Positions 40,770-50,488 of a stretch of DNA of 64,000 bases are shown piece by piece. Where the stretch lies: contig OY820905.2 in NCBI GenBank assembly GCA_963555755.3, forward strand, positions 2,816,001 to 2,880,000, given 5' to 3'. The notes beneath the pieces are model-generated. The model worked only from the letters and a program-made list of their open reading frames with translations. It did no database searches and was not told the DNA's origin. The first letter of the stretch is position 1, and each line of letters starts with the position of its first letter. This stretch comes from Nitrospirales bacterium. GTDB lineage: Bacteria > Nitrospirota > Nitrospiria > Nitrospirales > UBA8639. Made by a program: the position numbers and the translations under genes.

Positions 40770-42740
40770 ATGTCCATTTCCACTGAAGCATCAAAGGTCG
40801 GGGTTGCCACCATAGACGTGTCGGTATCCGGGGGCGAGGCCAAGTCTTTCCCTTCCGGTATTACCGCGAGAGAGGTATTGCAACACTGTGGCGTAGACCG
40901 ACCCGATGTGTTTGCAGTTTCAGTTGACCGGGTGCCCATGGATTTGTCGATACCCCTGACTCAAAGTGGTTCTCTCGAACCTATCAGTTTTTCCTCCCCC
41001 GAAGGCAAAGACATTTATCGACATAGTAGCACGCATATTATGGCCCAAGCCGTAAAGGATGTCTTTCCCACAGCCAATATCACGATTGGTCCGGCGATTG
41101 AAGAAGGCTTTTTTTACGACTTCGCCTTTGAACGGCCCTTTACTCCAGAAGATTTGGAAAAAATCGAGGCGCGCGCCCACGAAATCATGAAAGCTGATTT
41201 GCCCATCAAGCGGCTGGAAATGTCGAAGGACGAGGCGGTTCAGTTTTTTGAGAACAAGAAGGAAGCCTTCAAGGTCGAAATCATCAAACAGATTGAAGAT
41301 GACCGGGTGTCGCTCTATCAACAAGGAGATTTTGTTGACCTGTGTCGTGGCCCTCATGTGGGTTCAACGGGCCAGGTGAAAGCGCTCAAGCTCCTGACGA
41401 GTGCTGGTGCCTATTGGCGAGGCGATGAACGGAATCCCATGCTGCAGCGTATTTATGGGACGTCCTTTCCCACGCAATCCGAGCTGGATGACCACCTCGC
41501 GAACTTGGAGGAAATCAAGAAACGTGACCATCGTAAATTAGGCAAAGAACTGGATCTCTTTAGCGTTCAAGATGAAACCGGTCCCGGGTTGATTCTCTGG
41601 CATCCCAAGGGAGCCATGATTCGTTTGTTGATTGAAAACTTTTGGCGAGATGAGCATGTGAAAAATGGGTATGAGTTGGTCTATTCCCCGCACGTTGCCC
41701 GATTGGATTTGTGGAAAACGAGTGGGCATGTGGATTACTACCGGGACAACATGTTTGCTCCTATGACCGTCGAAGGCAGTGAATATCAACTCAAACCCAT
41801 GAATTGCCCGTTTCATATCATGGTATATAAAACCCATCTGAGAAGTTACCGGGATTTGCCGATTCGCTATGGAGAGCTTGGGACGGTGTATCGGTATGAA
41901 CGATCAGGGGTGTTGCATGGCTTGATGAGGGTCCGGGGATTTACCCAAGATGACGCGCACATTTTCTGTCGTCCTGATCAAATTGAATCAGAAGTTCGAA
42001 AAGTCTTAGATTTTACCCTGTTTATTCTTCGCCGTTTTGGATTTACGGAATTTGAGTTGTACTTGTCCACGCGTCCGGAAAAGGCCGTGGGTGCTTTGGA
42101 TAAGTGGGAGCAAGCCACCGACGCGTTGGAATCGGCGCTCAAGAGTGGAGGTTTTTCCTATAAAATTGATCCTGGCGAAGGGGTGTTTTATGGGCCAAAG
42201 ATCGATCTGAAAATTCGAGATGCCTTGGGCCGAGCTTGGCAATGCTCCACCGTACAGATTGATTTTAACAATCCTGAACGATTTGGCTTGACGTATGTAG
42301 GCGAAGATGGGAAAACTCATCAGCCCATTATGATTCACCGGGCACTATTGGGATCAATTGAGCGCTTCTTTGGGATTTTGATTGAACATTATGCTGGCGC
42401 GTTCCCGACCTGGCTGGCGCCGGTTCAGGCCAAAATTTTGCCGATTACGGATAAACAGGCCGAGTATGCAGACCAAGTCCGCGACCAATTGCGTGATGCT
42501 GGATTCCGGGTTGAAGTCGATGACCGCAATGAGAAAATTGGCCTTAAAATTCGGGAAGCCGAAAAAGGAAAAATTCCGTACATGCTTGTCGTAGGGAAAC
42601 GAGAAAGTGAAGCCAAACAAGTGTCCGTCCGAAAGCGAAGTGAAGGGGACCTTGGGGTTATGAAGGTACAAGAGGTTATTGATCTTATTGGAAACGATAT
42701 GCCCATAGAAAAATTGACTACGTCGTCTAATCACGAATGA
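40770..42740 (+). CDS. thrS: Threonyl-tRNA synthetase
   Basis: TGS domain, RHSSTH, DLCRGPH, KPMNCP, FTQDDAH, FYGPK. Confidence 0.97.
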   Translation: MSISTEASKVGVATIDVSVSGGEAKSFPSGITAREVLQHCGVDRPDVFAVSVDRVPMDLSIPLTQSGSLEPISFSSPEGKDIYRHSSTHIMAQAVKDVFPTANITIGPAIEEGFFYDFAFERPFTPEDLEKIEARAHEIMKADLPIKRLEMSKDEAVQFFENKKEAFKVEIIKQIEDDRVSLYQQGDFVDLCRGPHVGSTGQVKALKLLTSAGAYWRGDERNPMLQRIYGTSFPTQSELDDHLANLEEIKKRDHRKLGKELDLFSVQDETGPGLILWHPKGAMIRLLIENFWRDEHVKNGYELVYSPHVARLDLWKTSGHVDYYRDNMFAPMTVEGSEYQLKPMNCPFHIMVYKTHLRSYRDLPIRYGELGTVYRYERSGVLHGLMRVRGFTQDDAHIFCRPDQIESEVRKVLDFTLFILRRFGFTEFELYLSTRPEKAVGALDKWEQATDALESALKSGGFSYKIDPGEGVFYGPKIDLKIRDALGRAWQCSTVQIDFNNPERFGLTYVGEDGKTHQPIMIHRALLGSIERFFGILIEHYAGAFPTWLAPVQAKILPITDKQAEYADQVRDQLRDAGFRVEVDDRNEKIGLKIREAEKGKIPYMLVVGKRESEAKQVSVRKRSEGDLGVMKVQEVIDLIGNDMPIEKLTTSSNHE

Positions 42741-43258
42741 GTCGGCCCACGGTCGCAGCGAAACATCGAGTCAATCACCTTATTCGGGTTCCCGAAGTTC
42801 GGGTTATTGGCGCTGAAGGGGAGCAACTCGGCATCCTCAAAACCTCCGATGCCCTGAACCAGGCGAAGGAGGGTAGTTTTGATTTAGTGGAAGTTGCCCC
42901 CACGTCAGACCCTCCGGTTTGCCGGATCATGGATTTTGGGAAGTTTAAGTACGAACAAAGTAAAAAAGAACACAAGATTCGGCAGCACCAAAAATCAACG
43001 CAGGTCAAAGAAATTAAGCTCAGGCCACGAACGGACAAACACGATCTGGAAACCAAAATTCGTCAAATTCGAACCTTTATTGCCGAGGGGAATAAAACCA
43101 AAGTGACTGTGATGTTCCGTGGCCGCGAAATGGCCAATCAGGAACTGGGGCGGACGGCCATGGGAAAAATCATTGAAGAAGTCAATGAATTTGGCGTCAT
43201 TGAAAATCCACCCAGAATGGAAGGGCGCAATCTGTATATGATTGTTGCCCCAAAGTAA
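42737..43258 (+). CDS. infC: Translation initiation factor IF-3
   Basis: VRVIG..GEQLG, PPVCRIMDFGK, KEIKLRP, FRGRE. Confidence 0.95.
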   Translation: MSRPTVAAKHRVNHLIRVPEVRVIGAEGEQLGILKTSDALNQAKEGSFDLVEVAPTSDPPVCRIMDFGKFKYEQSKKEHKIRQHQKSTQVKEIKLRPRTDKHDLETKIRQIRTFIAEGNKTKVTVMFRGREMANQELGRTAMGKIIEEVNEFGVIENPPRMEGRNLYMIVAPK

Positions 43259-43366
43259 CTAACCGACGTGAAGCGTATCTCGTCGTTCGTACCTCGTGAA
43301 AGAACGAAATTCGAACTGCCTGATTCAGATCAAAATTTTTTGAGAATCTTGTAGAGGGAAAATGAG

Positions 43367-43570
43367 ATGGCACGACAGAAATTAAAAAATCATTCCGGCG
43401 CAGCGAAACGGTTTCATAAAACTGGAACTGGAAAGTTTATGCGGCGCAAGGCCGGCTTACGACATATCTTGACCAGCAAAACTCCCAAACAAAAAAGCCG
43501 GCTCAATGATTCGGTTGTGGTGGCCAAGCCAGAGCGATCGGCTCTTGCCCGGATGCTTCCCTATTTGTAA
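43367..43570 (+). CDS. rpmI: 50S ribosomal protein L35
   Basis: KLKNHSGAAKRF, RHILTSK; synteny. Confidence 0.95.
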   Translation: MARQKLKNHSGAAKRFHKTGTGKFMRRKAGLRHILTSKTPKQKSRLNDSVVVAKPERSALARMLPYL

Positions 43571-43649
43571 TGATGATCATCTTACTTTTTAAGAAAAAGC
43601 ACGGTCTCAAAAAATAGTTATAGATCACGGTTAGGAAGGAGAACGAGAA

Positions 43650-44018
43650 ATGCCACGCGTAAAAGGAGGCCCCCAAACCCGGCGCCGCAGGAAAAAAAGA
43701 CTGAAATTGGCGAAGGGACAATATGGGGCAAAGAGTAAGCTGTTTCGGACAGCTACCGAGTCGGTTGATAAAGGGCAGGCATATGCCTATACCGGTCGCA
43801 AGCATCGGAAACGAGATTTTCGCCGGTTGTGGATCACACGTATCTCCGCTGCCGTCAAGGCCCACGGTATATCATATAGCAAGTTCATGAATGCATTGAA
43901 GAACGCGAATGTGCTATTGAATCGTAAGATGCTGTCTGAAATGGCCATTCATGATGAAAGCGGGTTTAAGTCCCTGACGGATATGGCCAAAGCTGATTTT
44001 GCTAAAGCAGCTGCCTAA
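43650..44018 (+). CDS. rplT: 50S ribosomal protein L20
   Basis: MPRVK, RDFRRLWITRI, NRKML. Confidence 0.97.
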   Translation: MPRVKGGPQTRRRRKKRLKLAKGQYGAKSKLFRTATESVDKGQAYAYTGRKHRKRDFRRLWITRISAAVKAHGISYSKFMNALKNANVLLNRKMLSEMAIHDESGFKSLTDMAKADFAKAAA

Positions 44019-44407
44019 GTAAAAGTAATCCGTGATGTTCACGCATCACGGGTTATTCCCCCCCAATCTTTCCTCACCAAGCCAGATGTCCTAACAACTA
44101 TCAAATTGTCATTCCCGACATTTTTTATCGGGAATTCAGCTTCGTTTTTTCTTTGTTCCAAGTGGGTTTCGTCAAAAAAAAGCGAACCTGGATTCCCGAT
44201 AAAACCTTAGACGGTTAAGCTCCTCCTCTTGCAACTCTTGGATGAATTAGTGGGCTGATTCGATTGTTTACTCGATATCGGCGGTGGTGAGGACAGTTGA
44301 GACGAAGGCGGCTTCGAATTATGAGGGGGCGAAGTAGGAGCGGCGTCCCAGCATTTTGTGAAAGAATTTGGGATGCCGAGTCGTATCTGACAGGGAGGAA
44401 ATGATGC

Positions 44408-44707
44408 TCACGCCAAAACTGGGTGTGTTTTGTAGGGTCGGACTTTGACTCGTGAGGCCTTTTTTCTGGCCTGGGCAAGGTCATAGGCTTGCTGCATGGC
44501 GAGCCAACTATCTGCTGTGCCCCATCTCATTTTTTCTAGGCGGATGGCCAGCTCAGGAGAAATCCCTGAACGTTGATTCACCACTTTAGATACTGTCAAC
44601 CGTGTTACACCTAATCGTTCAGCGGCCTCGGTAATCGTAAGTCCTAAATACTCAATACAATCCCTTTTGAGGAAACACCCTGGATGGGGTGGGTTTAACA
44701 TTCTCAT
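44408..44707 (-). CDS. higA: HigA family antitoxin
   Basis: PPHPG, AAERLGVTR, ISPELAIRL, WLAMQQAYDL. Confidence 0.9.
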   Translation of the reverse strand: MRMLNPPHPGCFLKRDCIEYLGLTITEAAERLGVTRLTVSKVVNQRSGISPELAIRLEKMRWGTADSWLAMQQAYDLAQARKKASRVKVRPYKTHPVLA

Positions 44708-44719
44708 GCTATGTTCTCC

Positions 44720-44758
44720 TTACTTTTTGCCATGGTAATCGAGGTAGTCGATGAACTT
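44720..44758 (-). pseudogene. C-terminal remnant of a HigB-like toxin
   Basis: ...FIDYLDYHGKK* directly upstream of higA; an in-frame stop lies just 5' of it. Confidence 0.6.
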
Positions 44759-44908
44759 TTGATACTAATCACCCTACCAAACTCTCAACAAAAGAGCTGA
44801 GCTCAAATCGCACTACTCCTAGAAAAAACCTATTTCCCAACATCGTAACCATTTTTTAACGTAACCCTTCTTTAAAATAGAGAAAATTCTAGCTATACTC
44901 TAGCTAGA

Positions 44909-45202
44909 ATGCGATATGAGATAATATTGGCCCCCGAGGCTATCGAAGATTTACATCGCCTCAAAGCCAATATACGAACCACAGTTCGGGATGGGATTGA
45001 GAAACACCTTCGTCATCAACCCTTGAAGACGAGTAAGAGTCGAATTAAAAAGTTACAAGGAATCTCGCGTCCCCAATTTCGACTTCGCATTGATGAAGTT
45101 CGTGTGTTTTATGATGTGAATGAAGGAACCGTCGAAATTTTAGCCATCATTCCCAAATCCGAGACCCAAGAGTGGCTCAAGCAATATGGAGAGAAACCAT
45201 GA
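44909..45202 (+). CDS. RelE/ParE family toxin
   Basis: YEIILAPEAIEDL, IKKLQG, FRLRIDEVRVFY. Confidence 0.88.
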   Translation: MRYEIILAPEAIEDLHRLKANIRTTVRDGIEKHLRHQPLKTSKSRIKKLQGISRPQFRLRIDEVRVFYDVNEGTVEILAIIPKSETQEWLKQYGEKP

Positions 45203-45444
45203 AGAAAATAGCCCTATCAGAAGTAAAAGATGATTTATCCAAATATCTACGGCTTGCTGAAAAAGAGGACATTATCATCACCCGGCATGGCAAACCTGCA
45301 GGCGTGTTGAAAGGGTTTGAATCAGAAGATGAGTGGTTCGATTATCGCCTTGAACATGATCCCCGATTTCTACAACGTGTTGAGAAAGCCAGACAAAGCC
45401 TACGAGCCGGGCGCGGGGTCAAACTAGAAGATAGCGAGAAATAA
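45199..45444 (+). CDS. Phd/YefM family antitoxin
   Basis: LSEVKDDLSKYL, IIITRHGKPAGVL; ATGA overlap with the toxin. Confidence 0.88.
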   Translation: MKKIALSEVKDDLSKYLRLAEKEDIIITRHGKPAGVLKGFESEDEWFDYRLEHDPRFLQRVEKARQSLRAGRGVKLEDSEK

Positions 45445-45521
45445 ATCGCGACGATAAAAAACGGGTCTGTTACACTATTTTCTTCCATCGCTGGGTTAGT
45501 GTGTATTAAGCAGGTTTTTTA

Positions 45522-45634
45522 TATGCGGGGTTTCGCCCCCGCGCGACGAGGCACTTTTGTTTCGGCAAAAGTGCCCAAAACCATTTTCGCCCGTGCGCGG
45601 CCCCAAGGGGGTTCCTCCGCCTCACCCAAAGGCG
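45522..45634 (+). repeat. Family D repeat (internally deleted)
   Basis: 5' half of D joined to the CCCAAAGGCG end. Confidence 0.75.
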
Positions 45635-45746
45635 GGTTAAGATCAACCCTTGCCATCCTCAACTAAACTTGTAACGACAGTAACGATAATCCAAAATATT
45701 TCACCTAGAACAAAAAACTTGAGCAAGGCAAGAACAGTTAGCCTGA

Positions 45747-47594
45747 CGGATCTTCCCCCGAGTTTTGGGCGGATTTTTGGCTCTAACCTTTTGATGTCAT
45801 TGAAGAAGTCACGGTTTGGGCGAGGCCACGTCTCTGCCTACACATGCACCTTGGCTGGCCGTGTGGTGGTGGCAGGCGGGGTGATCCCCAATGCGGCAAA
45901 GATGGTTGCCTGCCTAGCATCGGGGCGAGCCAGCTGAAGCACCTCCTGCCCGCCGATTGCATGGCGTTGGAAACACAATCGTGACAGGGCCCCCAGGGCG
46001 TCTTGAAGGGTCAGCGCCTGGGCGCTCTGCTCCGTCGTCCCAAACGCCTCCTTCAGGCCTCGCTCGCCTTCCCGGGCCACTTTCAGGGCGAGCATCGCGG
46101 CAAAGACATGGCCACGGGTGCGGCTCTCCTTCCGCACAAAGATGGGGCGCAGTTCGAGCAAGCCCGTCTTCATCGTCCGGAAGTCGCGTTCCACCCGTTG
46201 CAGGTCCCGGTACCGGGCATCCACCGTCGCGGCATCCATCGTGTCCCGAGCCACATCGGTTTCCAGCACCGAACAGCCATCCAACAGGGCCGCCTCGGCC
46301 TGCTTGGCCTCATCAATCTCGACCACAAGCTGGGTCCCCTGCAGGGCGAGGGTGGTGAAGGCGGAGAGCTTGTGCTTCTTGGCCCACTGGGTCAGCTGCC
46401 GCTGTCCCGCCGCCGGGGTGGCCCGCTTGGCCGTCTGAACAAACGCATTGCGCGCCGCGACCTTCTGCTGCAGTGTGGCCACTTTGTCCTGACGTCGCGT
46501 GGCCACCGTGTGGCGCAACGCCTCATTCCGCCGCAGGATCAGCCGACGAGACCCATCCTCCACTTCCTGTATCGTCTCATCAAACAAATTGAGTTGGAGC
46601 ACATCTTTCTTCAGCAAGGTGCGAATCTGCGGGTCAGTGAGGGCGGTGAGGTACTTGAGTCCCTGCTCGGTGAGGGCCGCCTTGCCTGCGGCTTTCACCA
46701 TCCCCCGATCCCCCACACACACGACGTCGGTGATCTTGAACTGGGTCTTGATCCGTTCAATCTGCTCGGCGACCGTGCGGGGATCCGCCGTATTCCCCTT
46801 GAACACCGTGACGGCCAGCGGCTCACCATCCGGCCCTGTCAGCAACCCAATCACAATCTGCTTCTTGTGCTTCTTGCCGTCCCGGTTATAGCCATACGCC
46901 GCCAGCTCATTCTTCTCCCCCTCAAAATAGGAGGAGGTCACGTCATAGAGCACCAAGACCGGGGGCTGGCCGGTCCGCTGGACAGAGGCCCGATACAGTT
47001 TCTTCTCGATGGCTTCTTGTTGGGTGCCCAACCAGTCTAAGGCCTCGTACAGGTCATTCTCGTCAAAGGCGGGCAATCCCAACACCTCAGCGACCGCATG
47101 ATCGGTGGCCCACCGCACGGCTGACAGCCGCGAACCCTGATGAGCCACTCGTGCCAGCACCAGGAACAGGGCGAGCTTGGCTACTCGTTTCGGACCCAAG
47201 GCCGACACCACTCCCACCCGTTGGGCCACCGCTTTCAGGGCGAAGAGGACGCCAAAGATCCGATCACTCACGGGGCCCGCCTCGTCTTCCGTTCCATCGA
47301 AATCCCCACGGAGGCAGCGCTTGAGCGCGTCTACGCGAGCCGGAGGCCACGAGGTCAGATTGGCCAGGGTCCGGGTCTTCACCTTGCCGCCCGCTCGGTA
47401 GCTTTCGCGCAATAAAATGGCGGGCGGGGAGGTGCGGTTAGGAACGGTGGCGATATACATGCTTTATGTATAGCATAAATAAAGCATTATAGTCAAGATA
47501 AAACAACAATTACATGCCTACATTCCAGAGAGCAATCCAATCTTTCCCTGAAGAATTCCAACAGCTTAGGTGGCAAACATGGGGGGAAGATCCG
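45747..47594 (-). mobile_element. IS1634-family insertion sequence
   Basis: TIRs CGGATCTTCCCCC / GGGGGAAGATCCG; 5 bp TSD CCTGA at 45742-45746 and 47595-47599; higher GC. Confidence 0.9.
45838..47460 (-). CDS. IS1634 DDE transposase
   Basis: LLRESYR..GKVKTRTLANL, YDVTSSYFEG, GDRGM, VERDFR..K. Confidence 0.92.
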   Translation of the reverse strand: MYIATVPNRTSPPAILLRESYRAGGKVKTRTLANLTSWPPARVDALKRCLRGDFDGTEDEAGPVSDRIFGVLFALKAVAQRVGVVSALGPKRVAKLALFLVLARVAHQGSRLSAVRWATDHAVAEVLGLPAFDENDLYEALDWLGTQQEAIEKKLYRASVQRTGQPPVLVLYDVTSSYFEGEKNELAAYGYNRDGKKHKKQIVIGLLTGPDGEPLAVTVFKGNTADPRTVAEQIERIKTQFKITDVVCVGDRGMVKAAGKAALTEQGLKYLTALTDPQIRTLLKKDVLQLNLFDETIQEVEDGSRRLILRRNEALRHTVATRRQDKVATLQQKVAARNAFVQTAKRATPAAGQRQLTQWAKKHKLSAFTTLALQGTQLVVEIDEAKQAEAALLDGCSVLETDVARDTMDAATVDARYRDLQRVERDFRTMKTGLLELRPIFVRKESRTRGHVFAAMLALKVAREGERGLKEAFGTTEQSAQALTLQDALGALSRLCFQRHAIGGQEVLQLARPDARQATIFAALGITPPATTTRPAKVHV

Positions 47595-47620
47595 CCTGAT
47601 GAAGGAGGGCTAAATCTTAG

Positions 47621-47761
47621 GGGCACCTCTAAAAACCAGGCATTTTTTGTGAGGGCAAGGAAGCCGCACGCGGAAAACCGGAGTGTATGGGCGAATACAT
47701 GAGGATGTGAGCACGCGGCTGACGCCGCCATCACGGAAAAGGACGGTTTTTAGAGGTGCCC
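47621..47761 (+). mobile_element. MITE family F (141 bp)
   Basis: TIR GGGCACCTCTAAAAACC / GGTTTTTAGAGGTGCCC; TTAG duplicated on both sides; ERIC-like core. Confidence 0.85.
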
Positions 47762-47831
47762 TTAGGATAAATGTAACAAAAGAGGGCACTCAGTTACATT
47801 TCTGTCGTGGGCTGACAGGATGTGGTCTATC

Positions 47832-47900
47832 GCCTAACGTTGGCGCTGTGCCGCACACGGAGCAACGCGGAGTGTGTCGGTATAAGTGCCCTTGTTAGAG
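47832..47900 (-). mobile_element. Integron attC site (69 bp)
   Basis: R'' CTCTAAC ... R' GTTAGGC; bottom strand folds with two extrahelical bases and G:T pairs. Confidence 0.88.
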
Positions 47901-47905
47901 TGCAT

Positions 47906-48313
47906 CTACTCAGACACTTTTTCTTTAAATGAGTGCTTTAACTCAAAACCTCTAACTATTACATAGGCGATTAATGCAAATATGAAAACAACTAAATACA
48001 TCCAAGCTATGGCCTGAAGTGTTTCAATGATGGTTCTATACACCTCCAGTGTCCATCTCTCTGCATTTAACTCCAAAACCTGAGCGTCCTTGTGTGGTGC
48101 ACTAATATATCTCTCTAGTTGATGAATACGTACACCACCTGAGATTCCAACAACATAGGCAGCGAAGGTCACATATCTGTGCCAAGCACTACTTATTGAG
48201 TCCTGAATTATTCGGCTGAAGATGGCCGCTATGGGCTTATCGAATATCTTTACAACGCCAAATGAGACGATAATTGCCAATGCGAATGTGACTAGCAGTA
48301 ATGTGAAAAACAT
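47906..48313 (-). CDS. Integron cassette gene, small membrane protein of unknown function
   Basis: 135 aa with three hydrophobic segments; AT-rich; lies between a GTTAGAG core site and attC. Confidence 0.8.
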   Translation of the reverse strand: MFFTLLLVTFALAIIVSFGVVKIFDKPIAAIFSRIIQDSISSAWHRYVTFAAYVVGISGGVRIHQLERYISAPHKDAQVLELNAERWTLEVYRTIIETLQAIAWMYLVVFIFALIAYVIVRGFELKHSFKEKVSE

Positions 48314-48329
48314 GTTTCCCTCATATGCA

Positions 48330-48370
48330 CTCTAACAATGATTAGATGGATCCGCATAAGATGCGGATCT
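48330..48370 (-). mobile_element. attI-like recombination site
   Basis: Minus strand ...TCTAATCATT-GTTAGAG preceded by palindrome GATCCGCAT-N3-ATGCGGATC; no attC fold upstream. Confidence 0.55.
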
Positions 48371-48622
48371 TTGAGTTCCTGCCCGTATAACACCCCTCGG
48401 GATTTCTCGTCGAGGGTGTGTGTGAACTCCTTTAATATGCAACGACTGCCTACCCCTTCAGCCAGTTATCACTACCTCTTATGCGGATCGGCATACCACC
48501 ATTTCCTTGCATGGGTGCTCTATAATCACCATACATATCTGCCTGTCTTTTCCCTTCCACGAGTTGGACGCAGCATCCCTACTCCCAATGTAAAACTCTG
48601 ATTTGTTTCTTGGATGACTTCT

Positions 48623-48816
48623 CGCCTTCGGGCGCGGCGGAGCCTCCGTACCGAATCGACCTCTCGGCGAGGGCTGTTTGAGTGGAGCGAGTTCCCTCGC
48701 CATCTTATTCGGTACGGAGGCGGAGGCACCCGCAGGGCCGCGCACGGGCGAAAATGGTTTTGGTTCCTTTTGCCGAAACAAAAGGGACTCGTCTGCAGGG
48801 GCGAAACCCTGCATAT
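48623..48816 (-). repeat. Family D repeat
   Basis: Reverse-complement similarity to the 4276 and 45522 copies. Confidence 0.85.
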
Positions 48817-48992
48817 AATAATTCTTGACGGAATACCCACCGTGGTGATTGGTGAATCTCGAAACGACAGTTAGAAATCTCAGAACCCTTCGACTGCTGC
48901 GGAAGCCGCAGCGCTCAAGGCGAACGGACTTTCGCATGCTTTGAAGTTTGAAGAAGAGTTAAAGGCATACGGGGAGGGGATTTCACAAAAAT

Positions 48993-49412
48993 TTAAATAA
49001 ACAGCGTGGTCTCTGCCCCTGCTGCCATGGCCAGAATGGCAGGAAGACCCATGACTTCGTCTACCGCATTGGCCACCGCATCTGAGTCCACGCCCATATA
49101 TTCAAGACCGGCACTACACGCCACGAGTCGAAAGTGGCCGACCTGTTTGGCTTCTTCAAACATCTCGGAAATTTGGGGAACCTTGCGCTCGGACAGTAAC
49201 CTCGCCACCTCATCATGATAGGCTTGATATTCGGGCGGGAAATCAATGGCATTGATGTTTCCTTCCGCTAGTTTCTTGATCGTCCAAAACAGTAAGACCA
49301 CCGTAACTTCTTTTCCCATGGCCGCCGCAGTGAGTCCTAGCGTCGCCACCTGATGCAATTTATCGTAGGTGGCGTTATGGGCGTAAATGATAAAACGTGG
49401 CGGGGAACTCAT
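48993..49412 (-). CDS. DsrE/DsrF-like (DrsE) family protein
   Basis: AAAMGKEVTVVLLFW, RLVACSAG, TTLFI C-terminus. Confidence 0.8.
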   Translation of the reverse strand: MSSPPRFIIYAHNATYDKLHQVATLGLTAAAMGKEVTVVLLFWTIKKLAEGNINAIDFPPEYQAYHDEVARLLSERKVPQISEMFEEAKQVGHFRLVACSAGLEYMGVDSDAVANAVDEVMGLPAILAMAAGAETTLFI

Positions 49413-49633
49413 CGGATCAATCTCTTACCCTGGGAAGATGAAAGTGAGTAAAAAAAATGCTGAGGTGATTATAGCTTTGCCCCTCTTCCCTTGCAACAGA
49501 AGGAATTGAGTGGGGAAGGCAAAATTTGGATTTCGCAGTTGGAATGTGCTCCGCCGCTCATTGCTTGTGAAAGTACAAAATACAGACAACGAGCGACGAA
49601 ATAACACCTTAGGGTTCTCGCAAGAATACCTTA

Positions 49634-50383
49634 TTAGTGTGACACACGACTGAGCTGAATGAGGGGCTGTCGAGTCGGCTGCGGGTTTGGCCAATCATCT
49701 TGTTCAAACATCAAACAACATTTGAGTCGGCCGCAGACACCAATGCGGTGGGTGTCCTTTCCCCACACGCTTTCCTTCCGGGATAATTTCAAATTGATGG
49801 GTGTGAAATCTGACAAAAAATTCGAACAACACAAAACCAATCCACATGTATCGACTCCGCTGAGTTGACGAGCCTCCTCGCGGCTTGAAATCTGTCGCAT
49901 TTCAATTCGACAGCTAAAGTGCCGGGCAAGGTCTTTGACCAATTGGCGAAAATCCACACGCGATTCCGCCGTATAGCAAAAGGTCAACACCCGTCGCTTA
50001 AACGAGCCATAGACCTCGACTAACTTCAGGTGCAACCCTAAGGCTTCCGCTCGTTCTCGGCAAAACTCCATCCCCGACACAGCGACTTTTTGCTGATACG
50101 CAATCGTGACCTCATCCTCTTCCGCGGCTTTGCGAAGCACACTTTTCATGACCCGCATGGGGGGAGTGAAGGGAAGAACGTGGGGAGACCCATACACTTT
50201 CCCGTAGGTCACATCATTGTCGAGTTCAAGTAAAACCGTATCCCCCGCTCGTAAAGAGGAGTTCTCCGTTCGGGCCTGCTTGACCTCGCCCTGATCACGA
50301 ATTTTCACTCCGACAATGGTCACGCATTCCGGAAAGGATTCTTCCTGGTTGGGGTCAGGGGGGGGAGAGGCTTGTTCAGTCAT
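49634..50383 (-). CDS. PSP1-domain RicT/YaaT-like protein
   Basis: YTAESRVDFRQLVKDL, RIEMRQI, CGLVLCC, GVCGRLKCCL. Confidence 0.9.
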   Translation of the reverse strand: MTEQASPPPDPNQEESFPECVTIVGVKIRDQGEVKQARTENSSLRAGDTVLLELDNDVTYGKVYGSPHVLPFTPPMRVMKSVLRKAAEEDEVTIAYQQKVAVSGMEFCRERAEALGLHLKLVEVYGSFKRRVLTFCYTAESRVDFRQLVKDLARHFSCRIEMRQISSREEARQLSGVDTCGLVLCCSNFLSDFTPINLKLSRKESVWGKDTHRIGVCGRLKCCLMFEQDDWPNPQPTRQPLIQLSRVSH

Positions 50384-50488
50384 ACAGAGGCACCAATGTT
50401 AAATATCAGACGATATTCGTATCACATTAAAATACCGAACAGCAAGAACTTCTATAAATTAGAAATCGAAAGAACACAGAGCATTCGG

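Noticed and set aside
44909..45480. RelE-Phd module as an integron cassette
   Set aside because: No RYYYAAC...GTTRRRY attC fold follows the genes.
46003..47040. 345 aa plus-strand ORF inside IS1634
   Set aside because: It is an antisense shadow of a GC-rich transposase with no recognisable motifs.
48338..48601. Possible integron integrase remnant divergent from attI
   Set aside because: The translation shows no tyrosine recombinase motifs.
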